Source of the DNA: the human T2T-CHM13v2.0 reference genome, Homo sapiens
NCBI RefSeq assembly: GCF_009914755.1
Contig: NC_060932.1
Direction: 5' to 3' (one strand)
Length of the DNA stretch: 64,000 bases
Made by a program: the position numbers and the translations under genes. Under the pieces are notes generated by a model that saw only the letters and a list, made by a program, of their open reading frames with translations, searched no databases and was not told where the DNA came from. The first letter of the stretch is position 1; every line of letters starts with the position of its first letter. Below, piece after piece: positions 1-12,900 of this stretch.

Positions 1-109
1 GAAACAGAAAAGCTGGCATTGAACATGGGCTATTTGACCCCGAAACCTACGGTTGTAGCCATCACACTCTGACATGAGAAACTGCTAACTTAGGGCTCTA
101 ATTTCATGC

Positions 110-320
110 AAGCCCAGAAAAACAGTGTAGTGAAAGAAAACTGGTACCAACCTGTGGGTACGGTGATGTGTCTTCTAGTCCCAGGTCACCACGCACTGAC
201 CATCAATCTTAGGGAAGTCATCTGTTCTCTGCAGCCCAACCTTTGCATTCTCATCTGTTAAATGAGTTTGGGACAGTTTGGTTTCTAAGATCTCTTCTAG
301 TTCTAACTATCTGGAGCTAG
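110..320 (+). mobile_element. MIR SINE relic
   Basis: Core-like text ttctagtcccagg...atcttagggaagtca...tctcatctgttaaatgag...tctcttctagttctaac; boundaries approximate. Confidence 0.55.
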
Positions 321-773
321 GTTGTAACCAAGCCAAGGGCAGGAGACAGATCACCTGATTCTGAGTTAAACCCCCACAGGACATTTATATGAGGTCAGTG
401 TTGATACCTCCACATGACTCTTTATACAGAACAGTTCACAAAACATGACTTATAGACTGTACCATAAAAGGGCTTTTAGGAAGCATTTAATTAAAGCCCC
501 AATTCTTTTCTTAATATATGATGCTTACTGAAAAATATTAGACGTAAAATTAAAAAAAAAAACATGAATCTCATTGGTAATTCTACCACATTTCAAATAT
601 ATCACACTTAATAGTTTGGTAAATATATTTCCATGCCACCCCCTGTTTTGGTACTAACATATGCAAGTATTTTTCTAAACAAAAAAAAAGTGATAATATT
701 TAACCTGCTTTTGACTCCCAATAAACAGTGCAGTTTTTTTCTGTTAATATTCTAAAATATAAAATATAGTCAT

Positions 774-980
774 ACAGGGAGGGGAACAACACACACTGGG
801 ACCTCTTGAGGGTTGGGGTTGGGGGAGGGAGAGCAGCAGTAAAAATAGCTAATGCATGCTGGGCTTAATACCTAGATTATGGGTTGATAGGTGCAGCAAA
901 CCACCTTGGCAAATGCTTACCTATGTAACAAACCTGCACAACCTGCACATGTACCTAAGAACTAAAAATTAAAATTAAAA
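774..980 (+). mobile_element. L1PA8-11-like 3' end fragment within an older L1ME-like relic (~500-1330)
   Basis: gggaacaacacacactggg...atagctaatgcatgctgggcttaatacctag...acctatgtaacaaacctgcac and an A-rich tail; degenerate TSD aaaatatagtcata/aaaatatcaccata. Confidence 0.85.
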
Positions 981-1369
981 TATCACCATAATGGCTGCAT
1001 AGTATTCCACTGAATGAAAGCAAAATAATTGGCGTTATCTTTGCTCAATAGAGCAAAACGAGTTTTCATTTTTAAAAATTGTTTTCATTTTTTATTATGA
1101 ATAACTTGACAGATATTCCTAGAGTTAAATACATACTATCTTCAATGGGATAAAAGAAAATGAAAGAAATGCTACATTAAAGACAATGCACTTTTAAAAA
1201 GATTTTAGGTACATACTATTAAAATCTCTACAGAAAGGTTTATTAGTTGTCATTTTACCCGTTAGTATAGGAGAGTGTCTATTTCCCTAAACATTCATCA
1301 ATATTACGTACTATTTTTAACAAGTATTGCCAAACCATTGCTGAGTTCTCAGGGTGTCTTCAAGGCAAT

Positions 1370-1580
1370 TTAACATGATGGTTAAAACACAGCCCCTAGA
1401 GGCAGGCTGGAACTGGGGCTCTGCTGTTTGCTATGTTGTGACCTTTGGCAAGTAACTTAACATCTCTGTGTCTATAAAATGGAGACTGTAGTAACATGAA
1501 GGGTTGCATGTTATATATGATAACATATAGAGAGGAAGTAGAATGTAGGTAAGAGATATTTTAATTGTGAATTACTATTC
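1370..1580 (+). mobile_element. MIR SINE
   Basis: tggttaaaacacag...gtgacctttggcaagtaacttaacatctctgtg...tctataaaatggag MIR core. Confidence 0.65.
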
Positions 1581-2159
1581 TTTAATTACAAATGAATTTG
1601 AGCACTTGAATAAGTTTGCTAACCATTTGTTTCTCTTTTTCTCAACTGTAGCTTGCTGTGTTTAGCCCACTTTTATATTCAAAGATTCTTTTTCTTTTCT
1701 TAACTTTATAAGAAGGTTTTATATGTTAGGAATATTACTTTTTGCCTTTCACATGTTGCAAATAAGCCCCATATTTTCAAACAAGCACCCTGAGACCCAG
1801 AGAGATTAAGCTCTGTGTCTTCTAATGTTCCATCCAGGTCTCTTAATTTGCTTCATTTTTCATTCATTTGTTGTCACAAAGCTTTTCCTTTTTGTTTTTT
1901 ACTTTTGGTGAGTTGTCGATTTTATTCCTCTTTTTTTCTTCATGTTCAATCCAAATTTGAACTTAAATAAATACAATTACACCTTGTTAACAAAGGCCTC
2001 TGGAAGAAAAGTAATTTCAAGAAAATTGTAAAATTGACTTATTACTTCAGATGTTGAGCTCTATGTGTCTTTTGTGATTCTGTTCACATCCTCTGAAGTC
2101 TGTTCTAACCATACCTGTCTGTTTTCCGGTTATGCCAGGCAAAATTTTAAGTTGAATCC

Positions 2160-2214
2160 TGTGATGGTTAGTATTGATTGTCAACTTGATTGGATTGAAG
2201 GATGCAAAGTATTG
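2160..2214 (+). mobile_element. MLT2A (ERVL) LTR 5'-terminal fragment
   Basis: tgtgatggttagtattgattgtcaacttgattggattgaaggatgcaaagtattg matches the MLT2A consensus start as I recall it. Confidence 0.8.
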
Positions 2215-2586
2215 GGCACTTATTTCTTTCCTGTGTTCTTATACACTTTGTCATATTTAGATAATGCACTTCCCTTGCATTATTGAAATTGTCTTTATGT
2301 ATGTTGGTCTCTCAGCAAACTGTGAGTTCCATGAGGGTAGGGACAATGTTTCTTTTGCTTTTCTGTCCTCAGAGCCTAATAGGCATTTGGAGAATGGCAA
2401 ATCAGATCCCTTATATCAGGATGAGAATTAGCAGAACTATATGTCCAGAAGCTACCTGAGGCCTTCTGCCAGCTACATCTGCCATAGGAAGTTACAAAAG
2501 CAATTAAGTGTTCATACAACTCTAAACTTAACCATGCTACCGTAGAGGTGATTAAAAACAACAACAACAACAAAAAACTTAAGCAC

Positions 2587-3345
2587 TGTTGATGAAAAGA
2601 GTTGAACTCTGTAAATTATTTGAAGAGATTTATTTTGAACCAAATATGTGTGACCATGACCTGTGACACAGCCATCGGGAGGTCCTGAGAACATGTGCCC
2701 AAGGTGGTTGGGGCTCAGCTTGGTTTTATACATTTTAGAGAGGCATGAGACATCAATCAGATACATTTAAGAAATACATTGGTTTGGTCCAGAAAGGCGG
2801 GATAACTCAAAGCAGGTGAGGGAGCAGTGGGGAGCTTCCAGGACATAGGTGAATTTAAACATTTTCTGGTTGACAGTTGGTTGAGTTTGTCTAAAGACCT
2901 GGAATTCACAGAAAGGGAATGTTCAGGTTAAGATAAAGATTGTGGAGACCAAAATTCTTTTGAAGTCTTATGGTGGCTGCCCTTAGAGACAATAGATGAC
3001 AAATATTTCCATTCAGATCTTAGTCAGTCTCTTTAGGATTGGGAGGGTCTGGAAGAAAAAGATCTAGCTATGTTTATAGAGATTCTTTACAGATGCAAAT
3101 TTTCCGCCACAAAGAACCACTTTACAGGGCCATTTCAAAATATGGCAAAGAAATATGTTTGGGGGTAAAATATTTTTATTTTCTTCCTTGTCTCATAATG
3201 TTATGCCAGAGTCAGTTTGGAAAGTAAGTCACAGTATATAGGGTTAAATAAAACCCGTCTAAGGAGAATTTACGATTTGTAGGGCATGACTCCCCACATC
3301 CCTTAGGAATTTGGGCAAGAAAAAAAAATCAGAGTTTAGTCCTCA
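2587..3345 (-). mobile_element. MER4D/E-type solo LTR (ERV1)
   Basis: Minus strand begins TGAGGACTAAACTCTGATTTTT...CTTGCCCAAATTCCT; TG...CA termini; 4-bp TSD GCAC at 2583-2586 and 3346-3349. Confidence 0.9.
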
Positions 3346-3547
3346 GCACATAGAAAAATCATCTGACTTCTATTATCTTCCACTAAATCACTAAATCTTG
3401 GGCATGCCATTTGATCTCTCTGCATCACACTCTCTTTATCTGTAAATGAAATATTGGAACTAATTGAAATGCCTCTAAGGCCAGTGTTTTAAGTTCCAGT
3501 GTTTTATAGTTCTATAAGGCTTCAAACTAGAAACCACATATATTTGT

Positions 3548-4010
3548 GTTTTTATTTTTTTTTAACTTTTAGGTTCCAGGGTACATGTGCAGTTTCATTA
3601 TATAGGTAAATTGTGAGTCACGGGGGTTTGGGGTGCAGATTTTCTCATCACCTAGGTAATAAGCACAGTACCTGGTAGGTAGTTTTTCAATCCTCTCCCT
3701 CCTCCCACCCTCAAGTAGGCCTTGGTATCTGTCCCCTTCTTTGTGTCCATGGGTACTCAATGTTTAGCTCCCACTTTTAAGTGAGAGCATGCGGTATTTG
3801 GTTTTCTGTTCCTGCATTAGTTCACTGAGGATAATGGCCTATAGCTCCAACCATGTTGCTGCAAAAGACATGATCTCACCCACTCTTTTTTATGGCTGCA
3901 TAGTATTCCATGGTGTGTATGTACCACAGTGTTTTGTTTGTTTGTTTGTTTGTTTCTAATCTAATCTACCACTGATGGGCATTTAGATTGATTCCATGAC
4001 TTTGCTATTG
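3548..4010 (-). mobile_element. L1PA13-16-like 3' fragment
   Basis: T-tail then gggtacatgtgcag...tataggtaaattg...cacctaggtaataagc...atggctgcatagtattccatggtg. Confidence 0.9.
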
Positions 4011-5482
4011 GAGATCACATATTTGAAAGAGAAAAGCAAGAAATAAACAAGAATAGGAGTGAACCCATGTTCACTAGATCTAATGATCTGTCTCATATAC
4101 TTGAGGGAGTTCCTTATTCAATGGAGACAAACAAAAGAACAACAAAACACAAAAATAATTATAAAAACATCAAGATAGCCTTCACCCCATAGGATTGTAT
4201 TTATGATAACAATTCTTAATCTTCTATTAACGGGGTTAAAACATTCTTTACTCTGCACAGCTGTTCTGTAGCTTTTAAGATATGGCAAAAATTGCAAAAG
4301 AATCCTGAATTTTAAAGGAAGGGATACCAAAATAGTGTGCATATTATGGCTACAGAAGCAGTGGCTTTGGTGCTTTTATTTGGAGCTACCATCATTTCCA
4401 CTTAGCTCATTTCTGTATGAAAATGAAACTAATCAGCTTCAGTGCATGAAACCATTAGCTACTACTTCAAAGTGCTGCTTTTCACAAAGGTCAAAGAGGG
4501 CCCACCCAGCAGCAACAGGAATTTTGCAAGTGATGTGTGTCACATTTGCATATGATAATTAGTTTCTCTATAAATACAATTTGTTCTGCAGATTAACATT
4601 TTGTGTCCTCATTAGATAGCAAACATTTCCATATTAAACCCACAAAGCTGCCAGCGTTGGCTCTGCTTGCATTGCATGATAGCATTAATACCTTTGTTTA
4701 TACTGATGCCAATTAGTAGTGCTAAGTCTTGGAAGAATAAAAGAGATCACTAATGCTATTAATATAAGTAGTAATAATAATGTTGAGAAGCTTTCACAAA
4801 CCTTGTTAACTTCAAAGATCATTAGCAGTAAAGTACCACTGGGTTGTAAATGGCTGCGTTCTTGGACACATAAAGTATAAGCATATCTAGAATGCTCTGG
4901 TCTGCCTTCTCCTGGCTTACAACAATGCCAGTCTTAAATGATTTGCATGCTGTAAACAGGAGCAAGCAATTAAAACGTTGTTTTCTTTTGCTAAATGCAT
5001 TTAGTTCAATAAGGAAAAAGGATGTGCTCTAGCCAGAAGAAACAGCAGTTTGCTCAACTTGTGTAGCTCATTGCAACACAGTTTGCTGTCATTTACCAGG
5101 CCAACTTCTCTAAGGCGGCGAGGCATTTTATGGTTCCATAAAAGGTTTTTATAAAACAAGATGACCTGGAATTTCTCAGGGGAGGATTTAGTTTTCACTG
5201 GACCAGAGTGGCAAGTTCTCTGAGGAGGTTGTTGAGGGATATAGAAGACGGTGATAGATACATGAGAGATGGGGTGGTGGTTGTCACCTGTTGCATTAAT
5301 CTTTTAATACTGAGTAGAGGAGGCTGTGTCAGACAGATGCTCCCTTGTGAAGTGTTAGTTCTGCACCTGAAAGGGCTGCACTTACATGAAGACTAGTAGT
5401 CATTCACCCACAGTTCAGTGACAAGGTATGGATGATCATATAGTCACTGTTGGTAAGCACATTTCTTACAGTAATTAACTAA

Positions 5483-5802
<320 letters not shown>

Positions 5803-5989
5803 TTCCTGCCTGTTTTTTGTTTGATGTGGTGTATATACTTAGATTCAGCAATTTTAAAAAACATTGATTAAAGCACCAGTTAATCAACTGCGATATTCAA
5901 CCAAAATTTAAATGCTTTACCATTGGAGTTTGGGCTGGGACACAGAGCCCAAACTAAATTTTACTAAAATGCAGAATTTTATATCATTT

Positions 5990-6195
5990 CAGAAGTCAGG
6001 CTCACAGCTCTGCTATTACTAGCTGGGCAATTTTGGATGAGACAGTTTCTCTGTCTTAATTTCCTCATCTGTGAAATGGAGACGAGAATTGTACATACCT
6101 CACAAAATTATCATGAGGATTAAATGAGCTACTCCAGTGGTAACACAATGCCTGGCCCAAAAAACAGACTCCAGTGGATACAAGCTATTGTTCTC
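5990..6195 (+). mobile_element. MIR SINE
   Basis: gctctgctattactagctgggc...tttcctcatctgtgaaatggag...tacctcac...gaggattaaatgag. Confidence 0.75.
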
Positions 6196-6741
6196 AGTTT
6201 TGCATACTTAATATTTCCTGATGCTGGGGGAACAACAGTTACAAAATAACATCTCTCTTGGCAGATTGATAAGAACTCCAGTCTTCCTCAAATCTTACCC
6301 AGGAGGCGTCACATGTGCCAGACACAGAACCCTCTCCTCTCAGCTGTGACCTGAGTTCTCTATTCTCCTGCCTCTAGTTGTTTCTTAAATATCACCTGTC
6401 ACTCAGATGGTGTTTCCTTCACCACTTCCCCATCCTTGCACCTGCCTTGCTGTGGAGCTAATTTTGTCTTATCCAATATGACATGATATTCTGCCATTGT
6501 CTCATCTTATGTGGTATACAGCATCACTCAAGTTTCAGAAGAGTGTAGTCTTATATTTTCACTGTTGACCAAAGATTTCTGTAACCTTGGTCTTTTGTTC
6601 TCACTATTCTATCACTCCAAGCTTTGGCACAAGTTCCTTGTGGGAAGAAAACTGGATCCACATAAGTAGTTGAGTCCATACCTCCAATCATTCTTCCCTT
6701 CTTATGCGGACCTATGGCCCTGAAGAATGACTTGTGGTTGG

Positions 6742-7130
6742 TGATATGGTTTGGATCCCATGTTCAGTTGTAATCCCCAATGTTGGGAGTGGGGCCTGGT
6801 GTGAGGTGACTGGATCATGGGGGTGGATCCCTCATGTTTGGTTTAGCACCATCCCTTTGGTGCTATTCTCATGATAGAGTTCTTATGAGATCTGGTTGTT
6901 TAAAAGTGTGTAGCACCTCCCCCTACTCTCTCTCCCTCCTGCCCTGACCATGTAAGACATGCCTGCTTCCCCTTTGCCTTCCACCAATGATTTTAAGTTT
7001 CCTGAGGCCTCCCCAGAAGCCAAGAAGATGCTGCCATGCTTCCTATACAGCCTATGGAAACATGAGCCAATGAAACCTCTTTTTTCTATAAATTACCTTA
7101 GGTATTTCAGAGCAAGAATGGACTAATGCG
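6742..7130 (+). mobile_element. MSTB-like MaLR solo LTR
   Basis: Starts tgatatggtttggat, ends gaatggactaatgcg; 5-bp TSD GTTGG at 6737-6741 and 7131-7135. Confidence 0.9.
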
Positions 7131-7299
7131 GTTGGTTAGCTAGTTAATCATTGGCTTCGCCCTTTAGCCCTTCATACAGGAAATACACAATGGTATACAA
7201 TGAATACCCTTCAGGTCCATTCCTGCTGTTCATGTTTCAATCCTCAATGTGAATATCTGGAAGACTCCCTTGCTGAGATTTCTGCTGTATGTTTCTGGG

Positions 7300-7645
7300 T
7301 GTGAAAAGGAACCAGGGACATTTAATATACAAAAGAGGAAGTTTAGGGAGGCCATGTTAATTTCTCTAAATACCTGAAGGACTGCCCAGTGGAAAGAAAG
7401 ATTAATCTGCTTCCGACAACCAAGCCAATAGATGGAGGTTATAGGAAAAAAAGAGATGTTAGCTAACAAGAAAGAACATTCTAATGATCATAGCTGCACA
7501 AGGAGGCCTGCTCTGGGAGAAAATGAGCTCTTTGTTTTAGAGATATTCAAGCAAAGGCTAAATGATAACTGGCAAGATGGCCAACAGAGGGGATTCATGC
7601 TTCAGATAAGAGTTGGCCTTGAGCAGTGATGGCTGTAAATTTCTC
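7300..7645 (+). mobile_element. CR1/L3 3' fragment
   Basis: aaatacctgaaggactgcc...gagatattcaagcaaaggctaaatgataactgg resembles the L3 3' region. Confidence 0.6.
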
Positions 7646-8479
7646 TGTGGGAGCATCTTTGGGCACCAACTAGTATGAAAGGACTACTGGCATTTAAGGG
7701 AGACTTTAATAATTGCCTTATAATTATATGTTACACAATGCTTCATATAAAATGAAGAAGTAACAGTTATCCTTATCAAAGCACAAAGTGATAGGCCGAA
7801 GGTCATTGCTCATTCATTCTACAAATGTTCATTGAACCTTTATTATGCCTAGAAAAGCAGACACGTTTCTAGGTTTTGGGGCAGGATATTGAGCAAGACA
7901 ATGTTTACTCTCTTGAGCAGGCATTCTAGTAGGAGACAGGGATAGGCCTGTAGACAAAAGAAAAAGTAGATACAAGTCAAGGTAGATATCTTTTAAGACA
8001 CTCCATCAACTTATCTTTTTACCACTTCATCTAGGGTTCTTTTTTCCATGAGTCTCTGCTACACCATCCTCCAACACTAGTACAGTCAGATTAAAGGGAA
8101 AACAGCTGATAGACAATAAATTAAGTCTCTGGTCCTGAAAAATGTGATGAGTGGATTTCTCCTACTAGCTGTTTCTCTCCTTCTCTAGATTCAACATGGA
8201 AGAGTAAGAACCCTCTCATTCACATGATAAATACTAAATAAATACACAATGAAAAAAATAGACTGTATTACCAATGGCCATAATAATACAAATATTTCTC
8301 TGTATTACTCAGGAGAAAAAGAATGTAAAATTATCTTTTTAGATCAGGTGTCCATCGAGTCCCTATGAAATGTCTGTAAACGTTCAAGGTCTAAGTCGTA
8401 CATTTCCTTTGGAGTCTCTCATGAAACTGAATCTTCTAAACCCCCCACTGCTTCGATCACAAAATAGATTCTTGGAAGT

Positions 8480-8620
8480 GAAACAGGCCTGCTAAAAACT
8501 CTCCTTTAAGCAATGAAGGATGTAAGGAAACTGGAGGAGTTTCAAAGAATAATAACAAGAATGATTAAGGGGCTGAGAGCATGATTTATATTGAATGATT
8601 AAAAGGATTAAACATGCAGA
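8480..8620 (+). mobile_element. CR1/L3 fragment
   Basis: aaggatgtaaggaaactggagg...aacaagaatgattaaggggctgagagcatg matches the CR1 ORF2 C-terminal region. Confidence 0.55.
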
Positions 8621-8944
8621 ACTTGGCCAGTGCTACACACTTAGTTATAAAAAACATCAGAATCAAGTGCCAAAGCTCTCAGCTCCCATGAAAAATACAA
8701 ATTTGCATATGATTTGGCACATATTTCTAAGTGAAGTTCAGCAGATCTTTACCGAGGCAGCATTCATACAATGCCAAAACCACTTGTCTGGTCATTTTAA
8801 AGTACAGCCTGGTGATGTCAGTAAAAACTTGCTATTTGACTTCATTGAATAGACAATTAAAACAAAATGTGCCCACCCAGGGCTGCCATCCACATGTGAT
8901 GCATCCATAAAGTATATAAAATAATGTAACACATAATCATTTAC

Positions 8945-9317
8945 TGTATTAGTCTGTTCTCATGCTGCTATAAAGAACTGCCTGAGACTGGGTAAATGAT
9001 AATGGAAAGAGGTTTAATTGACTCACAGTTCCACAGGGCTGGGGAGGCCTCAGGAAACTTACCATCATGGCAGAAGAGGATGCAAACATGTCCTTTACAT
9101 GGCGGCAGGAAGGAGAAGAAGGAGAACTGAGGAAAGGGGGAAGCCCCTATAAAACCACCAGATCTTGTGAGAACTTACTCACCATCATGAGAATAGCATG
9201 GAAGAAATGCCCCCATGATTCATTTACCTGCCACCAGGTCCTTCCTATGCCACGTGGGGATTATGGGAACTACAATTCAAGATGAGATTTGGGTGGGAAC
9301 ACAGCCAAACCATATCA
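8945..9317 (-). mobile_element. THE1C/D-type MaLR solo LTR
   Basis: tgtattagtctgttctcatgctgct...acacagccaaaccatatca; 5-bp TSD TTTAC at 8940-8944 and 9318-9322. Confidence 0.92.
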
Positions 9318-9787
9318 TTTACCCTAGAGTCACAAACCAAAATTCCTACAGATAGCAGACAGGCAATCACATGAGTGAAGTGGGCTAAGCATAAAGGGTG
9401 CAGGGCCTATGGGTTCCAGCCAATGTTTCCATGTGGGTATTTTGGCCAAGAGCTGACAGATCTTCTTGTCTATCAGATGACGCCAGTGATTAAGGGTGCT
9501 TTCAGCAGCAAGTAATGAAAGAGCAACACAAAAAGGGGGAGCTGGTGGAGCCAGTTACCCTAGAGCTGCATATCTCCAGAGTAGGAAGAGGAACTACTGG
9601 GTTAGGAGGAGGGAATAGAAATCGATGTGAAAAGGAAATCAAGTGGTAGTCGTTAGAATTTAAAAATCCATGTTGTTAATATTTTTAAAAATCCACTGAC
9701 TTAAAACACATGGACAGAAATACCATTCTTTGGATATTAGCTTGTTGCCACTTATCTGGCTAACTTCTTTGTTTTAGAGCTAGAAAA

Positions 9788-9879
9788 TAGATCCAGGGAA
9801 AGGGAAAAAACATTCTCAAATGCATAGTAAATGTAGATCCAGGGAAAGGGAAAAAACATTCTCAAATGCATAGTAAATG
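9788..9879. repeat. Perfect 46-bp tandem duplication
   Basis: tagatccagggaaagggaaaaaacattctcaaatgcatagtaaatg at 9788-9833 and again at 9834-9879. Confidence 0.97.
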
Positions 9880-9989
9880 GATCATCAGAAGAACTGATTA
9901 GAAGCAGTGGCCTAGGAAAGAATATCTGGGTTCTTTTCTGATTTTGTTGTCGGAGTGATTTACTTCTAGGTTCATAACTTTGAACTTTC

Positions 9990-12900
9990 TTTTCAATTAC
10001 TTTTTATTGTATAGACAACATAAAATTTTCCATCTTAACTGTTCTTAAGTTTATAACCCAGTGATGTCGAGAAATACATTGTGCAAACATCACCACCCTC
10101 CATCTCCAGAACCTTTTTTATCTTGCAAAAATGAAACTCTGTATGTATAAAACAGTAAGTCTTTATTCCCTCTCCCTGCAACCCCAGACAACCACCACTC
10201 TACTATCTGTCTCTTTGAATTTGAGTACTCTTATGTACCCCAAATAAATGGAATCATATTTTTTTTGTGATTGGCTTATTTCACTTACCATGAAGTCCTC
10301 AAGATTTATCTGTATTGTAGCATATGTCAGAATTTCCTTCCTTTTTAAGACTGATAATATTCCATTGTATGTATATACCACATTTGCTTTATCCATTCAT
10401 CCATCAGTGGGTATTAGGTTGCTTCTACCTCTTGTGAATAATGTTGCAATGAACAGGGTGTGCAAATATATTTTTGAGATGCTGTTTTCAATTATTTTGG
10501 ATATGTACCCAGAAGTGGGATTGTTGGATCATGTAGTAATTTTACTTTTAATTTTTAAATAAACCTCCATATTGTTTTCCATAGAAGCTGCACCATTTTA
10601 CATTAACATGAAGAGTGCACAAGGATTCCAGTTTCTCCATATCCTTGCTAATGCTTGCAGTTTTTTGATAGTGGCCATTCTAATGGGTGTGAGATGATAT
10701 CTCACTGTAGTTTTAATTTGATTTTCCTGATGATTAGCAATGTTGGGCATCTTTTCATATGCTTGCGGACCATTTGCATATATTTGGAAAAATGACTGTT
10801 CAAGTCCTTTGACTGTTTTTCAATCGCATTGTTTGGTTTTTGTTCTTCAGATTTAGAACAAAAACAGAATTCTTTATATGTTCTAGATACTACCCCTCAT
10901 CAGATACTTAATTGTATGTATTTTTTTCCCATTCTGTGGGTTGGCTTTTTACTCTGTTGATAGTATCTTTTGATGCACAAAAATTTGAAATTGACATGAA
11001 GGCAATTTGTCCATTTTTTCTTTTGTTGCCTGTGCCTTTCATGTCATCTCTAAGAAATCATTGTCAAATCCAATGCCATGAAGACTTTGCCATAGGTTTT
11101 CTTTTGAGTTTTATACTTTTAGGTGTTACATTTAGGTCTTTGATTCATTTAATTTTTGCATATAATATTTGGTAAGAGTCCAATTTCATTCTTTTGCATG
11201 TGGATGTACAGTTTTCCCAGAACCATTAGTTTAAAAGACTATCTTTTCCCTGTTGAATGATGTTAGCCTCTTTGTTGAAAATAAGTTAACCATATTTGTG
11301 CAAGTTTATTTGGGGATTTTCTGTTCAACTCCTTGGTCTATATGTCTGTATTTCTTCAAGTGCCATACTTTTTTTGATTACTGTAGCTTTATAGTAAATT
11401 TTGAGATCTGGAAGTATGACTCCTTCAACTTTGGCCTTTTTAAAAGTTGTTTTAGCTATTTGGGGTTCTTGAGGTTTTATGTTAATTTTTGGATGGATTT
11501 TTCTATTTATGAAAAAATTATGATTTTGATAGATTGCATTGAATCTGTAGATCACTTTGGGTATTATTGACATCTATCAATATTGTCTTCCAACCCATAA
11601 ACAGAGAATATCTCTTCGTTTGTCTTCTTTAATTTCTTTCACCAATGTTTTGTGGTTTTTATTTACAAGTCTTTCAGCTCCTTGGATAAATTAATGCCTA
11701 AGTATTTTATTCTTTTTGATGCTATTGTAAATAACATTGTTTTCTTATTTTTCAATTGTTCATTGTTAGTATAAAGAAATGCAACTGATTTTTGTGTGTT
11801 GACTTTGTATCCTACTACTTCACTGAATTCATTTATTTCTATTTTTTTGGAATTTTTAAGGTTTTCAATGTATAAGATAAATCATCTGTGAACAGAGATA
11901 ATTTTACTTCTTCTTTTCCAAATTAGATGCCATTTACTTCTTGTCAATTGACCTGGCTAGAATTTATTGTATTATATGCACTAGAAGTGGTCAAAGTGGC
12001 CATCCTTGTCTTCCTGACGTTAAAGGAAGAGTTTTCAGTCTTTCACCATTTAGTATGAGATTTGCTGTGGGGTTTTCATATATGGCTTTTATTTTATTGA
12101 GGTTATTTCCTTCTATTCCTAGTTTGTTTAGTGTTTTTTTTTAATCGTGAAACTATTTATAGTTTGTGGAGTGTTGATTTTGAAAAGTGACTTTTCTGTG
12201 TCAATTGAAATAATCATGCACGTTTTTTCTTCATTTTGTTAATGTGGTGTATTATGTTGATCAACTTTCCTATGTTGAACACATTCTTGGATTCTGGGAA
12301 TAAGTCCCAGCTAGTCATTGTGTACAATCCTCTTAATATACTGCTGAATTTGATTTGCTAGTATTTTGCTGAGGAGTTTTGCATCAGTGTTCACACTATT
12401 GCAATAAGCATTGCATTAATGTTCATGATCTGTAGTTTTCTTTTCAATGTGAATTCTGTTGATCATTCAAATAATCAAGCTTTGGTTTCATTGATTTTGT
12501 CTATTACTTTTCCATCCTCCATTTCACTTACTTCCATGCTAAACTGTATTATTTCCTTCTGCTACCTTTGAGTTTAGTTTTTTTTCCTAGTTCCTTAAGT
12601 TGTAAAGTTACTTTGTTGTTTTGAGATCCTTCTTGATTTTTAATATATTTACAGCTATAAATTGTGTCTTTAGCACTGCTTTTGCTGTGTCTCATAAGTA
12701 TTGGTGTGTCCCATAATTATGTTCTGTTTTGTTTTCATTGATCTCTAAGTAGTTTCCAATTTCCCTTGTGGTTTCTTCTTTGATATATTGCTTGTTTAAG
12801 AGAGTATTGTTTAATTTCCAAAAATTTGTGAATTTTTCAGTTTTCCTACTGTTACTGATTTCTAACTTTATCCTGTTGTGGTCAGAGAAGATACTTTGTA

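Noticed and set aside
9788-9879. CRISPR-like direct repeat
   Set aside because: Only two abutting copies with no spacer, in a primate genome with no cas genes; it is a simple tandem duplication.
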